Assembly (NCBI GenBank): GCA_964420415.1
Contig: CAYQTH010000001.1
Location: 5,565 to 69,564 of the forward strand
Source: an uncultured Macromonas sp.
GTDB lineage: Bacteria > Pseudomonadota > Gammaproteobacteria > Burkholderiales > Burkholderiaceae_C
Reading direction: 5' to 3'
Length of the DNA: 64,000 bases
Within the stretch, counting starts at the first letter, position 1. The number at the start of each line of letters is the position of its first letter. Below, in pieces: positions 25,974-33,882 of this stretch. The position numbers and the translations under genes were made by a program. The notes beneath the pieces were generated by a model that saw only the letters and a list, made by a program, of their open reading frames with translations, made no database searches and was not told where the DNA came from.

Positions 25974-27065
25974 ATGAATCTGCCCCCTGTCAAGCTGCCC
26001 GTCCGTGTGGAAGACATCACCGCTGAGTGGCTGACCACGGCGCTGGCCGTCAATTACCCTGGTGTCCAGGTGCAGTCTGCCCGCACCGATGATGTGCTGT
26101 GGGGCACAGGCACCAAGGTCCGCGTTCAGTTGGAGTACAACGAGCGCGGCCGGGCGGCGGGGCTGCCCTCTAGCCTGTTCGTCAAAGGGGGCTTTGCCGA
26201 ACACCGGGAGATGATGCGCGAGTGCTACCAGTTGGAGGTGCGTTTTTACCGCGATCTGCAGCCGCAGCTGGGCCTGAATGTGCCCAAGGCCTTTTTTGCC
26301 GGGGACGATGACGAGAACAAGCAGCACATCGTCATCATGGAAGACCTGAGCCAGCGCCAGGTCCAGTTCTGCCGGGTGCAGCACCCGTTGACGTTTGCGC
26401 AGGCCGCAGAGCATTTGGACATCATTGCGCGGTTCCATGCCAAGTGGTGGAACAGCCCGGAATTCCAGCCGGGCGGATCCTTGGATTACCTGCATGTGTG
26501 GGAGGCACTGCCACGTGGCGATCGCGGCGCTTACCAGTGGGGTCAGCTCAAACCCGAGGTGTGGTCCGAGATCATGAAGCTGCCGCGCGCCGTGGCCATA
26601 CCCAAATTCATGCACGACCGCGAGCGCATGCAGACGGCCTTGCTCAAACTCACCGAGTTTGGCCGTCAGGAGCCCTACTGCTTCCTGCATGGCGACTACC
26701 ACCTGGGCAACCTGTATTTCGATGCCGACGGCCGTGCTGGCACCCTCGACTGGCAGTCGTTCTGCAAGGGGCACTGGTCACACGATGTGACGTACTTCAT
26801 GGTGTCGGCGCTGGACATTGCCGACCGCCGCAAGTGGGACAAGGCGCTGCTGGCCTACTACCTGGAGCGGTTGTCGGCACACGGGGTGGCCACACCGCCC
26901 GACTTTGACACCGCATACGACGCCTTCCGGCGCCAGATCATCGACGGGCTTTACTTTTGGCTCGTCAACCCGGTGGAATTCCAGGCCGAGGTCAACAACT
27001 GTGCAGTGGCGCCGCGCTTTGCCATGGCGGCGCTGGATCACGACACCTTTGCGCTGATGGGTTGA
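25974..27065 (+). CDS. phosphotransferase-family kinase (APH / EcKL / DUF1679-like)
   Basis: Catalytic loop LHGDYHLGNLYF (HGDxxxxN) and metal-binding TLDWQ. The preferred start is ATG 25974 (GGAGA RBS). The listed 25899 and ATG 25944 remain possible. Confidence 0.82.
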   Translation: MNLPPVKLPVRVEDITAEWLTTALAVNYPGVQVQSARTDDVLWGTGTKVRVQLEYNERGRAAGLPSSLFVKGGFAEHREMMRECYQLEVRFYRDLQPQLGLNVPKAFFAGDDDENKQHIVIMEDLSQRQVQFCRVQHPLTFAQAAEHLDIIARFHAKWWNSPEFQPGGSLDYLHVWEALPRGDRGAYQWGQLKPEVWSEIMKLPRAVAIPKFMHDRERMQTALLKLTEFGRQEPYCFLHGDYHLGNLYFDADGRAGTLDWQSFCKGHWSHDVTYFMVSALDIADRRKWDKALLAYYLERLSAHGVATPPDFDTAYDAFRRQIIDGLYFWLVNPVEFQAEVNNCAVAPRFAMAALDHDTFALMG

Positions 27066-27733
27066 CGGCGGGTTTTGGGCGCAGCCGGGGCAGGGTGCGC
27101 CGCCACACCGTGCAGGAACACCTGGACTGAGCGGCGCAGCCAATCGTCCAGTGCGGGGCCGTCCAGCGGTTTGTCCATCAAGATGCGCACCCCGCCGCTG
27201 GTGAGCGACAGGAACATCACGGCGGCCTCGACCGGATCGTCGATGTGGATACGGCCCTGTGCATTCAGGTAGCGCAAATAGTCCACCACAGGTGCGAAAA
27301 CGATGGCCGTGTCTGCGAACACGCGGGCGGCTACGTCGGGGAAGCGCTGTGCCTCCGCAATCACGATCCGTGTCAACGCCATGGTCAGGCGCGACACGGA
27401 ATTGGCATAGGCGCGGCGGGCAATTTCCTGCAATACCTCTTCGGGGGCACGGTCCAGCTCTTTAACCGCCCCCACGCTCTGGAGCGCTGCGTCCATGGCG
27501 CGCAGCGTACAGGCGCGGAACAGGGTCGGTTTGTTGACGAACTGCTTGTAGATTGCCACGCGGCTGACGCGCGCTGCACGTGCAATGCCCTCAATGCTGG
27601 CGCCAGCGTAGCCTTTGGTCAGAAATTCATCCAGCGCCTTGTTGAGCAGGTTTTCGCGCAAGGCGGCAGACGACTCCAAGGTTGGCCGACCGCGGGTGCG
27701 GGCCTGTGGCGGTTTGGGTGGGGGCTGGGCCAT
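27038..27733 (-). CDS. TetR-family transcriptional regulator (231 aa)
   Basis: Only the 3' third of the listed 732-aa ORF (27038..29236) is genuine: MAQPPPKPPQARTRGRPT...LNKALDEFLTKGYAGASIEGIARAARVSRVAIYKQFVNKPTLF. The rest is antisense to the Rieske gene. It overlaps the kinase 3' end by 28 nt. Confidence 0.88.
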   Translation of the reverse strand: MAQPPPKPPQARTRGRPTLESSAALRENLLNKALDEFLTKGYAGASIEGIARAARVSRVAIYKQFVNKPTLFRACTLRAMDAALQSVGAVKELDRAPEEVLQEIARRAYANSVSRLTMALTRIVIAEAQRFPDVAARVFADTAIVFAPVVDYLRYLNAQGRIHIDDPVEAAVMFLSLTSGGVRILMDKPLDGPALDDWLRRSVQVFLHGVAAHPAPAAPKTRRQPISAKVS

Positions 27734-27796
27734 GGGTTCATTTCCCCAAAAGATTTGATCTAGAGCAAGCTTTGTGCAACCAGTGCCAAGTGCCGC

Positions 27797-27832
27797 TTGT
27801 ACTGGCTTTAAATATACATTATTGTAAATATA
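27797..27832 (+). promoter_or_regulatory. candidate promoter plus operator of Rieske gene 1
   Basis: TTGTAC, a 17-nt spacer, then TATTGT. The quasi-palindrome TACATTATTGTA (27815..27826) overlaps the -10. The 23-mer AAATATACATTATTGTAAATATA is identical at 29470..29492. Confidence 0.5.
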
Positions 27833-27910
27833 AGACGGCCAGAAGGGAGATTCCGACCGTCCCGCAATTCCCGTCGCCGAGCAGGCGGATACACCTATCT
27901 GGAGATAAAC

Positions 27911-29269
27911 ATGGCTGTGAGCAAAGAAATCGAAGCGGTGCTGGCCGCTGACAAGGTGCGCGACGACTTCGTGCCGGTGTCGCACTACATTTCCCCCGAA
28001 TTCCAGCAACTCGAATACGAGCGCATGTGGAACAAGGTGTGGCAGGTGGCCTGCCGCGAAGAAGAGATCCCGAAGGTGGGTGACTACATCACCTACGAAA
28101 TTGGCACCCAGACGTTCATTGTGGTGCGCACGGCGGCCAACAAGATCCAGAGCTTCCACAACGTGTGTATGCACCGTGGGCGCCGCCTGGCCGAAGGCCG
28201 TGGCAACGTGATCCGCTTCCACTGCACCTACCACGGCTGGCAATGGAACATCGATGGTTCCGTCGCCCGCGTGCTGGACCGCGACGACTGGAAGGGCTGC
28301 GACTCCATGGGCGATGACGACCTGAAGTTGTCGGAGGTGCTGTGCGACACCTGGGGCGGTTTCGTGTTTATCAACATGGACGTGAACGCCGAGCCGCTGC
28401 TGCAGTACCTGGGCAAGGCCGCCGAAGCGCTGACCCCCTACGAGTACGACAAGATGCGTTTCCGCTTCTACGCCACGGTGCGCTTTCCCTGTAACTGGAA
28501 GGTGGCTCCGGAAGCGTTCGAAGAAGGCTACCACGTGGCTGCTACTCACCCACAACTGCTGGAATACATCGGTGACGACTACACCCGTGCCTATGCTCAT
28601 GGGAAGCACGGCATGTTCACCTACCCCTATGAACGTGCGCCGTTTGGTCAACCGTCGCCGCGGTTGAACAAGCCTGGCCGTGACCTGCGCGAAGGCGTGA
28701 TCGGCCATTTCGACCAACTCACCCGCCAACTGCCGGTGGTGCTGTACACCCTGCGCGACGGTGCTGCGGCCCGTCGCCTGATGACCGAAGCCTCGGCGAG
28801 CGATCCGTTCCCGGTGGTGATGGGCAAGACCCTGCAGTTCCAACGCGAAGCGGCAGAGGCCGAAGGCGCCAGCTGGCCCAACCTGACGCCGGAACAAATG
28901 GCGGCTGCGGGCGCCGACTGGCTGATCTTCCCGAACCTGGTCACCCTGCCGTACCCGGACGGCGTGATTGTGTACCGTGCGCGCCCCGATGGCGACAACC
29001 CGGATTCCTGCCTCTTCGATGTGTGGGGTTTGCAGCGCTACGCCCCCGGTGCCGAACCGGCCATCAACCGTGTGGAACTGCTGGGTCAGGACGACTGGAA
29101 GGGCATTGGCAGCGTGTCCATCATTCTGGAACAGGACTTCACCAACATGGAGCAGGTGCAGCGGGGTATGAAGTCCAAGGGCTTCCCGGGCAACCGCCTG
29201 AACCCCATCCAGGAACTGGCCATTGCCAACAAGCACAAGGTCTTGCGCGAATACATCTTCGGCAAATAA
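27911..29269 (+). CDS. Rieske non-heme-iron oxygenase, alpha subunit (no beta subunit gene present)
   Basis: Rieske CMHRGRRL...CTYHGWQW. Catalytic domain NWKVAPEAFEEGYHVAATHP (His ligands). 452 aa. GGAGA RBS. Confidence 0.92.
   Translation: MAVSKEIEAVLAADKVRDDFVPVSHYISPEFQQLEYERMWNKVWQVACREEEIPKVGDYITYEIGTQTFIVVRTAANKIQSFHNVCMHRGRRLAEGRGNVIRFHCTYHGWQWNIDGSVARVLDRDDWKGCDSMGDDDLKLSEVLCDTWGGFVFINMDVNAEPLLQYLGKAAEALTPYEYDKMRFRFYATVRFPCNWKVAPEAFEEGYHVAATHPQLLEYIGDDYTRAYAHGKHGMFTYPYERAPFGQPSPRLNKPGRDLREGVIGHFDQLTRQLPVVLYTLRDGAAARRLMTEASASDPFPVVMGKTLQFQREAAEAEGASWPNLTPEQMAAAGADWLIFPNLVTLPYPDGVIVYRARPDGDNPDSCLFDVWGLQRYAPGAEPAINRVELLGQDDWKGIGSVSIILEQDFTNMEQVQRGMKSKGFPGNRLNPIQELAIANKHKVLREYIFGK
28010..28392 (+). 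repeat. 383-bp tract 100% identical to 29672..30054 (Rieske-domain coding segment)
   Basis: I compared the two copies base by base and found no mismatch across 383 nt. Synonymous differences flank it on both sides (gaa/gag and caa/cag upstream, gag/gaa and ctg/ttg downstream). Confidence 0.95.
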
Positions 29270-29289
29270 GACCCGACGGTGCGTGAAAA

Positions 29290-29316
29290 GGGCTGCAATC
29301 TGCAGCCCTTTTTTTT
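29290..29316 (+). terminator. rho-independent terminator after Rieske gene 1
   Basis: GGGCTGCA-atc-TGCAGCCC stem-loop followed by 8 T. Confidence 0.8.
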
Positions 29317-29456
29317 GTGCCTTGCAAGGACAGCGTGGGGTCAGAAGGCTGGTGCCGCCGTGGGGCCAGCCGTGGTGAAGAGCGACCCGCCGTGAACCCG
29401 ATTTCTCGAAATGTTTGATCTAAAACAAGCTTTGCGCAACCAGCGCTGCGCGCGCC

Positions 29457-29492
29457 TTGTTTCGTCAATAAATATACATTATTGTAAATATA
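29457..29492 (+). promoter_or_regulatory. candidate promoter plus operator of Rieske gene 2 (duplicate of 27797..27832)
   Basis: TTGTTT, a 17-nt spacer, then TATTGT, with the same TACATTATTGTA core (29475..29486). It lies within a ~79-bp conserved upstream block (29414..29492, matching 27754..27832). Confidence 0.5.
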
Positions 29493-29572
29493 CGGGGATC
29501 GGGAAGTGGTTCTGATCGACCGGCAACGCTCCGCTGGCTAGGCGGGGCAACCACCCATATTTGGAGGTAGAC

Positions 29573-30931
29573 ATGGCTGTATCCAAAGAAATCGAAGCGG
29601 CATTGGCCGCTGAGAAAGTGCGCGACGACTTCATCCCGGCATCCGACTACATTTCCCCCGAGTTCCAGCAGCTCGAATACGAGCGCATGTGGAACAAGGT
29701 GTGGCAGGTGGCCTGCCGCGAAGAAGAGATCCCGAAGGTGGGTGACTACATCACCTACGAAATTGGCACCCAGACGTTCATTGTGGTGCGCACGGCGGCC
29801 AACAAGATCCAGAGCTTCCACAACGTGTGTATGCACCGTGGGCGCCGCCTGGCCGAAGGCCGTGGCAACGTGATCCGCTTCCACTGCACCTACCACGGCT
29901 GGCAATGGAACATCGATGGTTCCGTCGCCCGCGTGCTGGACCGCGACGACTGGAAGGGCTGCGACTCCATGGGCGATGACGACCTGAAGTTGTCGGAGGT
30001 GCTGTGCGACACCTGGGGCGGTTTCGTGTTTATCAACATGGACGTGAACGCCGAACCGTTGCTGAAGTACCTGGATGCCGTGGCCGATGCGCTGGGCCCG
30101 TATGAATACGACAAGATGCGCTTCCGTTTCAACGCGATCTTCCGTTTGCCTTGCAACTGGAAAGTGGCGCAGGAAGCCTTCCAGGAAGGCTACCACGTGG
30201 CTGCCACCCACCCGCAACTGCTGGACGTCATGGGCGACGACTATACCCGCGCATATGCCCATGGCAAGCACGGCATGTTCAAGACCCCGTGTGAGCGGGC
30301 CCCGATGGGCCAGCCGTCGCCGCGCCTGAACAAGCCGCCGCGTGACATGCGTGAAGGCATCGTGGGCTTCTTCGATCTGCTCAACCGCCAGTTGCCGGTG
30401 CTCTTCTCGCTGCGCGATGGTTCTGCTGCCCGCCGCTTGTTGACCGAAGCTTCCGCCACCGAGTCCTACCCGGAACTGATCGGCAAGACGTTCCAGTTCC
30501 AGCGCGAGGCCGCGTTGGCCGAAGGCGCGGGTTGGCCCAACCTGACGCCCGAGCAAATGGAAAAAGCCGGGACCGACTGGCTGGTGTTCCCGAACATCAC
30601 AACCCTGCCGTACCCGGACGGCGTGATCGTGTACCGTTCGCGCCCGGACGGCGACAACCCGGATTCCTGCATCTACGAGGTCTGGGGCCTGCAACGCTAC
30701 GCGCCGGGCGCGGAACCGAACCCGGCCCAATTGAAGTTCATGGGCCAGGACGACTGGCGCGGCATCGGTGGCGCATCCATCATCCTGGAGCAGGACTTCC
30801 TGAACATGGAGCAGGTGCAGATGGGCATGAAGTCCAAGGGCTTCCCAGGCAACCGCTTGAACCCCATCCAGGAAATGGCCATTGCCAACCTGCACCGGAC
30901 GGCGCGCGAGGACTACATCTTCAAGAAGTGA
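29573..30931 (+). CDS. Rieske non-heme-iron oxygenase, alpha subunit (tandem paralog of 27911..29269)
   Basis: It has the same Rieske and NWK...YHVAATHP motifs and is 452 aa from ATG 29573 (GGAGG RBS). The listed start 29561 is a TTG four codons upstream. Confidence 0.92.
   Translation: MAVSKEIEAALAAEKVRDDFIPASDYISPEFQQLEYERMWNKVWQVACREEEIPKVGDYITYEIGTQTFIVVRTAANKIQSFHNVCMHRGRRLAEGRGNVIRFHCTYHGWQWNIDGSVARVLDRDDWKGCDSMGDDDLKLSEVLCDTWGGFVFINMDVNAEPLLKYLDAVADALGPYEYDKMRFRFNAIFRLPCNWKVAQEAFQEGYHVAATHPQLLDVMGDDYTRAYAHGKHGMFKTPCERAPMGQPSPRLNKPPRDMREGIVGFFDLLNRQLPVLFSLRDGSAARRLLTEASATESYPELIGKTFQFQREAALAEGAGWPNLTPEQMEKAGTDWLVFPNITTLPYPDGVIVYRSRPDGDNPDSCIYEVWGLQRYAPGAEPNPAQLKFMGQDDWRGIGGASIILEQDFLNMEQVQMGMKSKGFPGNRLNPIQEMAIANLHRTAREDYIFKK
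29672..30054 (+). repeat. 383-bp tract 100% identical to 28010..28392
   Basis: See 28010..28392. Confidence 0.95.
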
Positions 30932-30953
30932 TCTTGGGGATGCCAACCCAAAG

Positions 30954-30978
30954 GGGCTGCCATTGGCAGCCCTTTTTT
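30954..30978 (+). terminator. rho-independent terminator after Rieske gene 2
   Basis: GGGCTGCC-att-GGCAGCCC followed by 6 T. It is a sequence relative of the terminator at 29290, so it belongs to the duplicated unit. Confidence 0.8.
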
Positions 30979-30990
30979 GTGACGGTCTGT

Positions 30991-31968
30991 TCAGCCCGGG
31001 AGTGCATAGAGACCGCTGCTCATGCTGTCCTGCTGCTTGAAGTGGGTCAGCAGAAAATCGATGAACGCACGGGTCGCCAGCGGGAGGTATTCCCGGTGCG
31101 GGTAGCGGATGTACACATGGTTGTTTTCCAGGCTGCCCGCCTCCACCTCAAAGTCCGGCAACACCACTTGGAGTTCGCCGGTCTGTAGGTAGCGCATCAC
31201 CGATTGCGCGAACACGACGGTCAGGCCCAGCCCTGCCAAAGCGGCGTTGACCACCGCATCGTATTGCTCGCTCACCAGGACCCGGCCATTGGGGGCGTGC
31301 AGATGTTCGCCAGGCGCCGCCTGGTTTGCTGCGGACCCAGGTGTGGTCAAGGGCACGAACTTCCAGCGCGCGGCCTGGCCAGAACTCAAACGCACGTTGA
31401 CGCATTGGTGATGCACCAAGTCCTGGGGAATGACCGGTGTGCCAAAGCGTTTCAAGTACGCCGGGCTGGCCACCAGCGCCAAGGGCAGCTGACACAGCAA
31501 GCGTGAGACATAGGTCCCTTCTCCCTGGGGCTGGTTCTGGATGCCGAGGTCGTAGCCTTCCTTGACCAAGTCCAGCATGCCGTCGTGGAAGCGGATCTCG
31601 AGATCGACTTTCGGGAAGCGGTCAAGAAAGCCGGGCAGCAGCGGCACGATGAGGTCTTTGCCAAACGCAGCGTTGGTGGTGACCCTGACGGAGCCCGAGG
31701 GTTCGTTCTTGCCTTCGTGCAGCAGGCCCATGGCGTGGTCGAACTGTTCCAGGGCCAGGGCGGCCTTTTCCACAAAGATGCGCCCCTGGCTGGTCAGTGA
31801 GACCTGGCGTGTCGTCCGGCTGAAGAACCGCACGCCCACCTCGCGTTCCAGCCGCGAAACAATCTTGCTGACGGCCGCAGTGGTCAGCCCCTTTTGGCGG
31901 GCGGTTGCGGTGAAGCTGCCGGTTTGCGCCACGCTCACCAGCAGCTCAAAGCTTTTCAGATCGTTCAT
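30991..31968 (-). CDS. LysR-family transcriptional regulator
   Basis: HTH FTATARQKGLTTAAVSKIVSRLEREVGVRFFSRTTRQVSLTSQG. Divergent from the amidohydrolase gene. Confidence 0.9.
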   Translation of the reverse strand: MNDLKSFELLVSVAQTGSFTATARQKGLTTAAVSKIVSRLEREVGVRFFSRTTRQVSLTSQGRIFVEKAALALEQFDHAMGLLHEGKNEPSGSVRVTTNAAFGKDLIVPLLPGFLDRFPKVDLEIRFHDGMLDLVKEGYDLGIQNQPQGEGTYVSRLLCQLPLALVASPAYLKRFGTPVIPQDLVHHQCVNVRLSSGQAARWKFVPLTTPGSAANQAAPGEHLHAPNGRVLVSEQYDAVVNAALAGLGLTVVFAQSVMRYLQTGELQVVLPDFEVEAGSLENNHVYIRYPHREYLPLATRAFIDFLLTHFKQQDSMSSGLYALPG

Positions 31969-32110
31969 ATTGGAAAGATCAATAGTTAACGTTTTGGAAG
32001 CAATGATTATCCGGCAACCCCCTTTTTAGTTCACAAGTGTTTCCATAGACTGGTGCCTGTTCAATCGACTGCCTCGCACCGGATTCAAGGCAGCGCTACC
32101 GGAGACGCGC

Positions 32111-33358
32111 ATGAAAACACTCTTTGTCAACGCCCACATTTGGGATGGGGATGCCGCGGCCCGCTTTGCGGGTGAAGTGCTGATCGAAGGCCACCGCATT
32201 GCGGCGGTCAGCCGCACTCCGGGGGTGCTGCCGCGTGAAGGCGCCCATGTGGTGGACGCGACGGGCACCACCCTGATGCCCGGCATGGTGGATGCACACT
32301 CCCACCTGCCTTTCCCGCTGGTGCAGTACATGACGCAGATGGAGGACATGGCGCCGGAGCAGTTGCTGATGACCACGCTGCACAACGCCCGCCTGATGCT
32401 GGACATTGGCTTTACCGGCTGCATCGGTGCCGGTTCGCCGCGACTCAAGGCCGAAACCACCGTGCGCGACGAGATCAACGCCGGGCGCCTGCCAGGCCCG
32501 CGCATCCTGGCCTCGACCCCGACCCTCACCGCCACCGGCGGCCTGAACGACACCAACCGCCTGCATCAGCGCGTGAACCCCTGCGCCATGGTGGCCGACG
32601 GCGCCGACGAAATCCGCAAGGCGGTGCGCCTGGGGCGGCGCGAAGGGGCCGACCTCCTCAAGATCAACGTTTCCGGCGACAACCTGGTGCCCCACCCGCC
32701 GGGCAAGACCACCACCTACACCGAGGAGGAAGTGGCCGTGGCGGTGCAGACGGCCCACATGCTCGGCATGAAAACGGCGGCGCACGCGCGTTCGGCCGCT
32801 TCGATCAAGTACTGCGCGCGCCAGGGGGTGGACATCATCCACCACGCCGACTTTTGCGACGAAGAAGCCCTGGACCTGATCGAGGCGCGCAAGGACAACG
32901 TCTTCGTCACCCCGTCCATCGGCTTCCTGCATTTCCTGCGTTACCGCACCGAAGGCTTCATGCCGCCCGAAGCCCTGGTCGCCATGGAGGTGGAAGACCA
33001 CATGAACTGCAACATCGCCAGCCACCAGGCATTGAAGAAGCGCGGCATCAAGCACCTGATCGGCGGCGACTACGGCTTGCCCTGGCAGTTCCATGGCCAC
33101 AACGCCTACGACCTGGAAGCCTTCGTCACCTACCTCGGCTACACGCCGGTGGAGGCGCTGCGTTGCGCCACCCGCTACGGCGGCGAGGCCATGGGCCGCG
33201 GCCACGAACTCGGCCAGCTCAAACCCGGTTACCTGGCGGACTTGCTGATGGTGCGCGGCGACCCCACCGCCGACGTGACGCTGCTGCAGGACCGTGCCAA
33301 CCTGGCCGCCATCATGAAGGACGGTGCCTTCCACAAGGCCCCGGCCGCCCAAGCCTGA
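32111..33358 (+). CDS. metal-dependent amidohydrolase family protein
   Basis: MPGMVDAHSHL (HxH metal site) and a later HHADF motif. 415 aa. GGAGA RBS. Confidence 0.82.
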   Translation: MKTLFVNAHIWDGDAAARFAGEVLIEGHRIAAVSRTPGVLPREGAHVVDATGTTLMPGMVDAHSHLPFPLVQYMTQMEDMAPEQLLMTTLHNARLMLDIGFTGCIGAGSPRLKAETTVRDEINAGRLPGPRILASTPTLTATGGLNDTNRLHQRVNPCAMVADGADEIRKAVRLGRREGADLLKINVSGDNLVPHPPGKTTTYTEEEVAVAVQTAHMLGMKTAAHARSAASIKYCARQGVDIIHHADFCDEEALDLIEARKDNVFVTPSIGFLHFLRYRTEGFMPPEALVAMEVEDHMNCNIASHQALKKRGIKHLIGGDYGLPWQFHGHNAYDLEAFVTYLGYTPVEALRCATRYGGEAMGRGHELGQLKPGYLADLLMVRGDPTADVTLLQDRANLAAIMKDGAFHKAPAAQA

Positions 33359-33371
33359 CGCGGAGCCCGCC

Positions 33372-33857
33372 ATGCAAGACCGTCCCCGTTTCCGTTTTTC
33401 CCAGGTGTCCTACGCCACCAGCGATGTGGTTGAAGCCTGCCGCGTGCTTGGCGAGGTGTACGGCATTCCGCACTTCCAGATCAGCCGCGGCGCCGAGGTG
33501 GACAGCCCCCAGGGCAAGATCGTCATCGACACGGCCCAGGCCTTTGTCGGCGACCGCCACATTGAGGTCATCCAGCCTGCCGGTGGTGTTGACGGCCTCT
33601 ACCGCGACGTGCTCGCCCCGCAAGGCTTTTCCCTGCGCCACCACCACTTCGGCCATGTCACCCACAGCGCCGAAGAATGGGCGCAGATCCAGGACTTCAT
33701 CGCCGCCCGTGGCTGGCGCATCGTCCTTGGCGGCAACTTCTTCGACATGATGCATTACGCCTATGTCGACACCCGCGCCGAACTCGGCCATTACCTGGAG
33801 TTCATGTACCAGACCGACAAGGGCAAGGACATGTTCGCCGACGTTCCCCGCTATTAA
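33372..33857 (+). CDS. VOC (glyoxalase/extradiol-dioxygenase fold) family protein
   Basis: HIEVIQP, HHFGHV and HYLEFM resemble VOC metal-ligand strands. The start was moved from the listed 33324 to ATG 33372 (GGAG RBS). The functional call is weak. Confidence 0.6.
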   Translation: MQDRPRFRFSQVSYATSDVVEACRVLGEVYGIPHFQISRGAEVDSPQGKIVIDTAQAFVGDRHIEVIQPAGGVDGLYRDVLAPQGFSLRHHHFGHVTHSAEEWAQIQDFIAARGWRIVLGGNFFDMMHYAYVDTRAELGHYLEFMYQTDKGKDMFADVPRY

Positions 33858-33882
33858 CAACCCGTTCAAGAGAGAGCACGCC

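Noticed and set aside
25974-27065. Calling the two APH-family kinases (also 45425..46507) aminoglycoside or macrolide resistance genes
   Set aside because: The context is purely catabolic (P450, SDR, TetR, GST), with no mobile element or other resistance gene. The motifs support only 'small-molecule kinase of the APH/EcKL superfamily'.
27734-29236. N-terminal ~500 aa of the listed 732-aa ORF 27038..29236(-), and the analogous 493-aa ORF 29465..30946(-)
   Set aside because: Both are antisense to the two Rieske oxygenase genes. Only the last 231 codons of the first ORF (27038..27733) form a genuine TetR, with its own Met and promoter. The near-identity of the two antisense translations simply mirrors the sense-strand duplication.
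27754-30978. Tandem duplication as a composite transposon or mobile cassette
   Set aside because: There are no inverted terminal repeats, target-site duplications or transposase/integrase ORFs. The repeat unit is simply promoter + gene + terminator, which fits unequal crossing-over.
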